A DNA stretch of 64,000 bases from contig JAIBAM010000009.1 of assembly GCA_019695175.1 (NCBI GenBank), forward strand, positions 1,235-65,234. Direction: 5' to 3'. Shown in pieces: positions 58,422-64,000 of the stretch. Below the pieces are notes generated by a model that saw only the letters and a list, made by a program, of their open reading frames with translations, made no database searches and had not been told where the DNA came from. Positions within the stretch are counted from its first letter, which is position 1. Each line of letters opens with the position of its first letter. Source of the DNA: Bdellovibrionales bacterium. GTDB lineage: Bacteria; Bdellovibrionota; Bdellovibrionia; Bdellovibrionales; UBA1609. The translations under genes were made by a program, and so were the position numbers.

Positions 58422-58464
58422 GCGGTCAACCTTAATGATAATAGCTATCATTAAGGTTGACCGC
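58422..58464. promoter_or_regulatory. perfect 19-bp inverted repeat, probable Fur-family operator
   Basis: GCGGTCAACCTTAATGATA-atagc-TATCATTAAGGTTGACCGC. The central 15-mer TGATAATAGCTATCA matches the 7-1-7 Fur box TGATAATNATTATCA at 12 of 14 specified positions. Confidence 0.6.
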
Positions 58465-58578
58465 TAACTTAAAGTCAGTTTCAGTAGAGGATATGGAATT
58501 TTTTACATTTGTATTTTTTCTCGACTAGAAAAATATTTCTAATCCAAAAAAATGACTTCTAAAGGGAGGGAAAGAGTT

Positions 58579-59184
58579 ATGTGGAAATATGGGTTCTTAA
58601 TTCTGTTTTTTTCTTCTAGCGTCGGGGCGCACCCTCAAAACATGGCTATAAAACCCCATCCACCTTCAACTTCCTTAACCTCACTAGCAAAGATTTCTTG
58701 TATAAATAATAATTGTTTAAAAGAGGGTTGGGACACCACACTGCAAAATGGAGTCCGTATAGAAACACGGTGTTTAGATCAAAGTTGTGATGTTCATGGA
58801 TGGTATGAATCCTCAACTGGAAAAAACCCCACGCTTCAAGCTGTGTGCGAATCCAATGGATGTTTTGAAGCCGGTTGGAGTTTAAACCATGCCGAATCAG
58901 GAGACTTCATTGGACGAATTCGGTGCACCCCCTCCGAACAACCACCCAACCCTACGTCCCCTTATTGTCATGACCGAGGATGGATTTATATAACTTCGGT
59001 CAAAAGTCAGTTAAATCAGAGCTCCTGGGGTTTTTCACTTACCAACGCCACCTCCATAACTTGCGATCAACATGACTGCAAAAATAAAGGTTGGTGGATT
59101 CTCTATCCAACGGGAGTACGACTGAAAGCTATGTGCAACCCCGGAGGATGTTTTTCCTCAGGATGGCAAATTATAAACTTGTAA
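58579..59184 (+). CDS. secreted cysteine-rich protein with six C-x4-C-x3-G-W repeats (one has a long insert)
   Basis: GGGAGGGAAAGAG SD and signal peptide MWKYGFLILFFSSSVGA. The repeats are CINNNCLKEGW, CLDQSCDVHGW, CESNGCFEAGW, C-x13-CHDRGW, CDQHDCKNKGW and CNPGGCFSSGW. Confidence 0.7.
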   Translation: MWKYGFLILFFSSSVGAHPQNMAIKPHPPSTSLTSLAKISCINNNCLKEGWDTTLQNGVRIETRCLDQSCDVHGWYESSTGKNPTLQAVCESNGCFEAGWSLNHAESGDFIGRIRCTPSEQPPNPTSPYCHDRGWIYITSVKSQLNQSSWGFSLTNATSITCDQHDCKNKGWWILYPTGVRLKAMCNPGGCFSSGWQIINL

Positions 59185-59391
59185 CTAAGGGAAAAGACTT
59201 CCCCCTGCGATTTAATCCTGCTCCCCCCATAGCGCTTTCTCAACTTAAGTCCTTTGACTTTATTCGGAGAGCTTGTTTGGACTTTTGTACCGCAGACAGT
59301 TTAAAAAAAACAATGGATACTTTTCCTGAGGACCTTTTAGAAATCCTAGAGCACGATTTCGAGCTGTGAACCTTTTTAAAAAGGGGAATCC

Positions 59392-59733
59392 ATGAACTTC
59401 ACTTTCAATAAGAAACTCTGGGCTAAGCTAAGGGATTTTTTTGTATTTATTTGTTTTATCACCGTACTGGCTCATTTTATTCAAACAAGGAAGTCCTTAA
59501 ATTTGAATGCTGAAACCACCCTCGCCCTGGCCTCCAAAAAAACCTCACCCGAGCGCCAACCCAACTCTCTTGTGAGCGATGGGCTGGACGGTCAAGTGTC
59601 TCTAAAAATTGAAGATGTAATGACAACAAAATCTCAAAAAGTGATTAAAAAAGAAATCGTTCAAATTCTAGATAAAACAAGAAGTGTAGTCTGTTACCAA
59701 TTTGAACAAAAATTCAGTTGTACAAAGTTTTAA
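59392..59733 (+). CDS. hypothetical membrane-anchored protein
   Basis: AAGGGGA SD and a single N-terminal TM (FFVFICFITVLAHFI). Confidence 0.5.
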   Translation: MNFTFNKKLWAKLRDFFVFICFITVLAHFIQTRKSLNLNAETTLALASKKTSPERQPNSLVSDGLDGQVSLKIEDVMTTKSQKVIKKEIVQILDKTRSVVCYQFEQKFSCTKF

Positions 59734-59755
59734 TAAATAATTTATAACCTCACCT

Positions 59756-60808
59756 GTGAAGAAAAAAAAAGTTCATCGTAAACCTAAAATTAAAGGGCTG
59801 CCCCACCGATTTCTTAAAAATCTAAGACACCACATCCCACGTCCCTGCACTCTGGTCGTTGCGGTTTCAGGAGGGGCTGATTCCATTTCACTGTTGCATT
59901 TACTTTTGCAGTGGCAAAAACTCGCTCAGCTTAAAATCATTGTCGCCCATGTCCACCACGGCAAGTCCTCCGCTCCAACAAATGCCTACCGATTAAAAGC
60001 GCTTAATTTTGTTTATAAAACAGCTCAAAAACACCATCTTCCTTTTTTTTCCAACGCAATCCCTTCCAAGGTTGGGAAAAAATTAATTTGGGAAATGACC
60101 TCCCCAGAAAAAAAACTCAGCAACGAAGAGGATCTGCGATCCTGGCGTTGGTTTTGGCTCAAACAATGGCGAGCCCAATTAGAATCAGAGACTCAAGGGC
60201 CCACCTTTGTGGTCACAGCACACACAGCCAATGATTTGCTGGAAACAAGATTGATGCGACTGATGCGCGGAACGGGAGCCCAAGGTTTTTTATCCATGGG
60301 TATGATTGCGACCGAAAACTTCCGACCCTTGATTCACGAACAAAAAAAAGATCTTCTCGCTTATTTGCGTTTAAAAAAAATAAAATGGATGGAAGACCCT
60401 AGCAACGCACAATTGGATCCCTTACGTAATTGGATTCGAAAACAATGGCTTCCGCAACTGGAACTTCGTCTTCCCGGGGCAAGTGCCAGTTTGGAACGTT
60501 CTTTTGCTCTTGTCGCAGAAAAAATTAATGACTTTGAACCTCTTGAAAATAATGAATCTTCGCTCGCATTTGGATTTCATAATTCAACCCCCGCACTCCT
60601 AATCTCCCAGCTCCTTGTGCAGTCCAGAATCATGCAAAAACAAACGATTGCCAGGTTTTTTCGACAAATGAACCTTCGCAATTATTCTGTGCAACATGTT
60701 GAAGAAATTCTCAAACGCCTTGACACTGGCAGACGAGAACACAAATTCAGTCTTTTAGGTCATCAATGGTGTATCTCAGAATCGACAATCACTATAGTAA
60801 TACCGTAA
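59756..60808 (+). CDS. tilS: tRNA(Ile)-lysidine synthase
   Basis: PP-loop LVVAVSGGADSISLLHLL, plus VTAHTANDLLET. GTG start. Confidence 0.88.
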   Translation: MKKKKVHRKPKIKGLPHRFLKNLRHHIPRPCTLVVAVSGGADSISLLHLLLQWQKLAQLKIIVAHVHHGKSSAPTNAYRLKALNFVYKTAQKHHLPFFSNAIPSKVGKKLIWEMTSPEKKLSNEEDLRSWRWFWLKQWRAQLESETQGPTFVVTAHTANDLLETRLMRLMRGTGAQGFLSMGMIATENFRPLIHEQKKDLLAYLRLKKIKWMEDPSNAQLDPLRNWIRKQWLPQLELRLPGASASLERSFALVAEKINDFEPLENNESSLAFGFHNSTPALLISQLLVQSRIMQKQTIARFFRQMNLRNYSVQHVEEILKRLDTGRREHKFSLLGHQWCISESTITIVIP

Positions 60809-60951
60809 AGTCTTGAAGTTGAACGATGACTGCAAAGAGCTACCCCATGAGGTGTTCTCATGGTACAGTTAAGTTATATACAAAGCTCTTGTTGTCTTGT
60901 TGTGCTTAAAATGCTTAAAAAAATATAAATTGCAACACGAAAGGTGGCTGC

Positions 60952-62943
60952 ATGCGCTCATCATCGCAGAAAAGTATGGCCCTCTGGGTTTTAATCATTG
61001 TTGTTACATTGGTTGCTTATGAACATTTAAAAAATGCAAGCGAAGGTCGCCAAGCCTTTAATTATCGCACTTTTTTACAGGCGATCGAGTCCGGTCAGGT
61101 GGAAAAAGACTCTATCGTTTTCAATTCAGTTTCCGGTACAATTTCAGGTAAATTCACTGAAGAAGGAAAAAAGTCTTTCGGTTCTACCACGTTCAAAATC
61201 GATGGTGATGTGGAAAAAGCCTACGACGAACTAAAATCACGCAACGTGACTCCTTCCTATGAAAATACCAACGACACCTACCTTACCCAGCAAATTTTTA
61301 ACTGGTTACCGATGTTGTTCCTTGTAGGACTATTCTTTTTCTTTATCCGACAATTGCAAATTGGCGGCGGAAAAGCCATGGCGTTTGGCAAAAGTCGTGC
61401 ACGTCTTCTCACCGAAAACAAAAACAAAGTAACTTTTAAAGACGTGGCAGGAGTGGATGAAGCGAAGCAAGAGTTACAAGAAATTGTTTACTTCCTCAAG
61501 GAACCCAAAAAATTCACCCGATTGGGTGGTAGAATTCCCAAGGGAGTCTTACTGATCGGATCCCCTGGTACTGGAAAAACTTTGTTAGCTCGCGCTGTCG
61601 CCGGTGAGGCCAATGTCCCATTTTTTACTATTTCTGGGTCTGATTTTGTGGAAATGTTTGTCGGAGTGGGAGCGAGCCGTGTCCGTGATCTGTTTGAACA
61701 AGGAAAAAAAAATGCTCCGTGTTTGATTTTTATCGATGAAATCGATGCTGTGGGTCGCCATCGTGGAGCGGGAATGGGCGGAGGTCATGACGAAAGAGAA
61801 CAAACCCTCAATCAATTATTGGTTGAGATGGACGGCTTTGAAAGTAATGACGGAGTTATTTTAATTGCCGCCACCAACCGTCCCGACGTTTTAGATCCAG
61901 CTTTGCTCAGACCTGGAAGATTTGATCGCCGTGTTGTTGTAAATAAACCTGACTTAAGAGGGCGCGAACAAATCTTATCTGTACACACAAAGAAAACTCC
62001 TTTGGCTACAAATGTGAATAAAGAAAAAATTGCCAGGGGAACTCCTGGATTTTCTGGCGCGGACTTGGAAAATTTAGTCAATGAAGCCGCACTGCTAGCC
62101 GCTCAGGAGAATAAAACCAGAATTGAAATGGAGGATTTTGAGAAGGCAAAGGATAAAGTCCTTATGGGAACAGAAAGAAAATCCATGGTCATCAGTGAAA
62201 AAGACCGTCGGATCACAGCCTATCACGAAGCCGGTCACGCCCTTGTGGGAAAATCATTGCAAGGTTTGGATCCCATTCACAAGGTAACAATTATTCCCCG
62301 TGGTATGGCCCTTGGCTTAACCCAAACCTTACCCGAAGAAGATTCCTTAAGTCTCACCCGTTCTAAAGTCTTGAACATGATTGCATTTCTCTTTGGGGGC
62401 CGTGCTGCTGAAGAGCTGATTTTTAAAGATGTCACTACAGGAGCTGGGAATGATATAGAAAGAGCTACAGAGCTGGCACGACGAATGGTGTGTGAATGGG
62501 GCATGAGTGAAAAACTAGGACCCCTCGCTTTAGAACGCAGGGAAGGTCCTGTATTTTTAGGTATGCAACAGTCCCATGCCCGAGAATATTCCGACGCCAA
62601 AGCCCAAGAAATTGACCAAGAGGTTTATCGTATTGTGACAGAGGGTCGTCAGTTGGCCATCCAAAAACTTCAAGAACACATGTCGGCTCTTAATATTATG
62701 GCTGAGACCTTACTTGAATTTGAAACAATTGAAGGCGAAGAAGTGGATCTTATAATCAAGGGTTCCACTCTGGCAGAAATAAAGCAATGGCGCGAAGCTA
62801 GGCAAGCCCAATTGGAAAACGACAGGAAAATAGCCGCTGATCAAGCTGAAAAAGAAAATAAAGCCAGATTAGAAGCTGAAAAGAAAATGACGGATGACGA
62901 AGACAACCGTACCGTCAATCAATCGGGACCCGTCACCGCCTGA
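60952..62943 (+). CDS. ftsH: ATP-dependent zinc metalloprotease FtsH
   Basis: Walker [12 protein letters not shown], Walker [10 protein letters not shown], the SRH region, and the zinc motif HEAGHAL. Confidence 0.97.
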   Translation: MRSSSQKSMALWVLIIVVTLVAYEHLKNASEGRQAFNYRTFLQAIESGQVEKDSIVFNSVSGTISGKFTEEGKKSFGSTTFKIDGDVEKAYDELKSRNVTPSYENTNDTYLTQQIFNWLPMLFLVGLFFFFIRQLQIGGGKAMAFGKSRARLLTENKNKVTFKDVAGVDEAKQELQEIVYFLKEPKKFTRLGGRIPKGVLLIGSPGTGKTLLARAVAGEANVPFFTISGSDFVEMFVGVGASRVRDLFEQGKKNAPCLIFIDEIDAVGRHRGAGMGGGHDEREQTLNQLLVEMDGFESNDGVILIAATNRPDVLDPALLRPGRFDRRVVVNKPDLRGREQILSVHTKKTPLATNVNKEKIARGTPGFSGADLENLVNEAALLAAQENKTRIEMEDFEKAKDKVLMGTERKSMVISEKDRRITAYHEAGHALVGKSLQGLDPIHKVTIIPRGMALGLTQTLPEEDSLSLTRSKVLNMIAFLFGGRAAEELIFKDVTTGAGNDIERATELARRMVCEWGMSEKLGPLALERREGPVFLGMQQSHAREYSDAKAQEIDQEVYRIVTEGRQLAIQKLQEHMSALNIMAETLLEFETIEGEEVDLIIKGSTLAEIKQWREARQAQLENDRKIAADQAEKENKARLEAEKKMTDDEDNRTVNQSGPVTA

Positions 62944-63001
62944 ACTCATAATAAGGTCCAATGTGAAACTTCTTTTTGATAGCTTTGAAAGTTTCAAGTT
63001 A

Positions 63002-63778
63002 ATGATCTCCCATTTGGGATTTCAGGATTTCGTTGACCTGATTTTAGTTTGGTTAGTGGTCTACCGAATTTTGCTTCTCACCAAAAAATCAGGCGCCGTA
63101 CAGATTTTATCCGGAATGGGAATCTTAGCCATTGCTTATCTGGTCAGTATCCAATTTGAACTTATTACTTTTAATTTTTTGTTGGAAAAAGTTTTTTCAA
63201 ACTTGTTTCTTATCGTGGTCATTCTCTTCCAAGGTGAAATCCGAAGAGCCCTGGCTCAGATTGGAAGCAACCCTTTTTTTAATGGACTCTCAAGAGTTGC
63301 AGAAACACAAAGTTTAGAAGAACTTGCCAAAGGAATTATGGCACTATCTCAAAAGGGTTATGGCGCTCTGATTGTGATCGAAAGGGAAATCACATTGGAT
63401 TACTTTATTGAGGATGGAACCCTTCTAGACGCTACTATGAGTTCGGAATTACTACAGTCTCTCTTTCATCCAACCCTGCCGCTTCATGATGGAGCTGTTA
63501 TTATTCGAAATGGTCGAGTTCATGCCGCAGGTTGTTTTTTACCTCTTTCCAAAAATCCAATCTTAGATAAAAATCTTGGCACTCGTCATCGTGCTGCATT
63601 GGGATTAACTGAAGAAACAGATGCCTACGTATTTGTAGTCAGCGAAGAAAATCAAGCCGTGGGTCTTGTTCACGGGGGTCATCTGATTCCTGACGTGGAT
63701 TTGCACACAGTTCGCAAGACCTTATTTGATATATTCAGCTTCAAATTACCAAATCAGGAGCGAAATACCACTCCATGA
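63002..63778 (+). CDS. cdaA: diadenylate cyclase CdaA (DAC domain, three N-terminal TMs)
   Basis: Contains DGAVIIRNGRV and GTRHRAALGLTEETDAYVFVVSEE. The start is uncertain (ATG 63002, GTG 62963, or the track start 62894 overlapping ftsH). Confidence 0.85.
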   Translation: MISHLGFQDFVDLILVWLVVYRILLLTKKSGAVQILSGMGILAIAYLVSIQFELITFNFLLEKVFSNLFLIVVILFQGEIRRALAQIGSNPFFNGLSRVAETQSLEELAKGIMALSQKGYGALIVIEREITLDYFIEDGTLLDATMSSELLQSLFHPTLPLHDGAVIIRNGRVHAAGCFLPLSKNPILDKNLGTRHRAALGLTEETDAYVFVVSEENQAVGLVHGGHLIPDVDLHTVRKTLFDIFSFKLPNQERNTTP

Positions 63779-64000
63779 AAACACTTCGCCAAAACATATT
63801 GCACAATGGAAGTTACAAAGTCGTGGCACTCATTGTTTCTCTTGTGCTTTGGCTCACCATGCAAGGTCATAGAGACAATGTTCTCAGCAAAGATCTGGAA
63901 ATGCAAATTCTACTAAGTCCCAATTTAGCGATCACTAACCCTATCCCACAATCGATCAAACTGGAGGTCACTGGCCCTAGACTTGCGCTAAAGAAAATTT
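63775..64000 (+). CDS. cdaR: 5' part of a YbbR/CdaR-like regulator of CdaA (runs off the window)
   Basis: ATGA overlap with the cdaA stop. Manual translation gives MKTLRQNILHNGSYKVVALIVSLVLWLTMQ...IKLEVTGPRLALKKI, open to the window end. Confidence 0.65.
   Translation, partial: MKTLRQNILHNGSYKVVALIVSLVLWLTMQGHRDNVLSKDLEMQILLSPNLAITNPIPQSIKLEVTGPRLALKKI

Noticed and set aside
59091-59369. 92-aa ORF overlapping the 3' end of the Cys-repeat gene (it includes a possible 18-aa MDTFPEDLLEILEHDFEL peptide)
   Set aside because: It lies in an alternative frame of a well-supported CDS for its first third. It has no SD and no motif. The short terminal peptide cannot be supported from sequence alone.
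1-64000. tRNA, rRNA, tmRNA, CRISPR arrays, transposases, integrases and known defence-system genes
   Set aside because: All intergenic regions were scanned by eye on both strands for T-loop GTTCGAATC-like motifs and for regularly spaced repeats. None was found. No ORF shows a DDE, tyrosine or serine recombinase or a typical defence motif.

Overview
This window reads as AT-rich core chromosome from a diderm bacterium. Lnt, an Slt-type lytic transglycosylase and a Prc-type protease are all present. The gene content is loosely Bdellovibrionota/Oligoflexia-like, but that placement is only an inference. The minus strand from about 26.7 kb down to 13.3 kb carries a near-complete S10-spc-alpha ribosomal protein cluster: rpsJ, rplC, rplD, rplW, rplB, rpsS, rplV, rpsC, rplP, rpmC, rpsQ, rplN, rplE, rpsH, rplF, rplR, rpsE, rpmD, rplO, secY, adk, rpmJ, rpsM, rpsK, rpoA, rplQ. 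This cluster lacks rplX, rpsN, rpsD, infA and map at their usual positions. The left part holds an overlapping yitJ-like (homocysteine methyltransferase/MTHFR fusion)-metH-unknown operon, an S41-like peptidase and an alpha/beta hydrolase. The right half holds housekeeping genes: bioB, slt, lnt, mutS2, 2-oxoacid dehydrogenase E1 alpha/beta, prc, cysteine desulfurase-mnmA-mtaB, tilS-ftsH-cdaA-cdaR. These are interspersed with secreted hydrolases (S8, S9, a NodB deacetylase), a catalase-related protein and several orphan secreted proteins. I found no tRNA, rRNA, CRISPR array, transposase or recognisable defence system. The most interesting signals are as follows. (1) An A10 tract separates a canonical SD-GTG-MKKK start from the deacetylase ORF, and 44-bp direct repeats carrying that start module bracket the gene. 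(2) A Fur-family regulator is divergent from a secreted six-fold C-x4-C-x3-GW repeat protein, with a perfect 19-bp inverted repeat (Fur-box-like core) abutting a TATAAT between them. (3) L24 and S14 genes are missing from the spc segment. All functional calls rest on motif recognition by eye, and no database search was possible.
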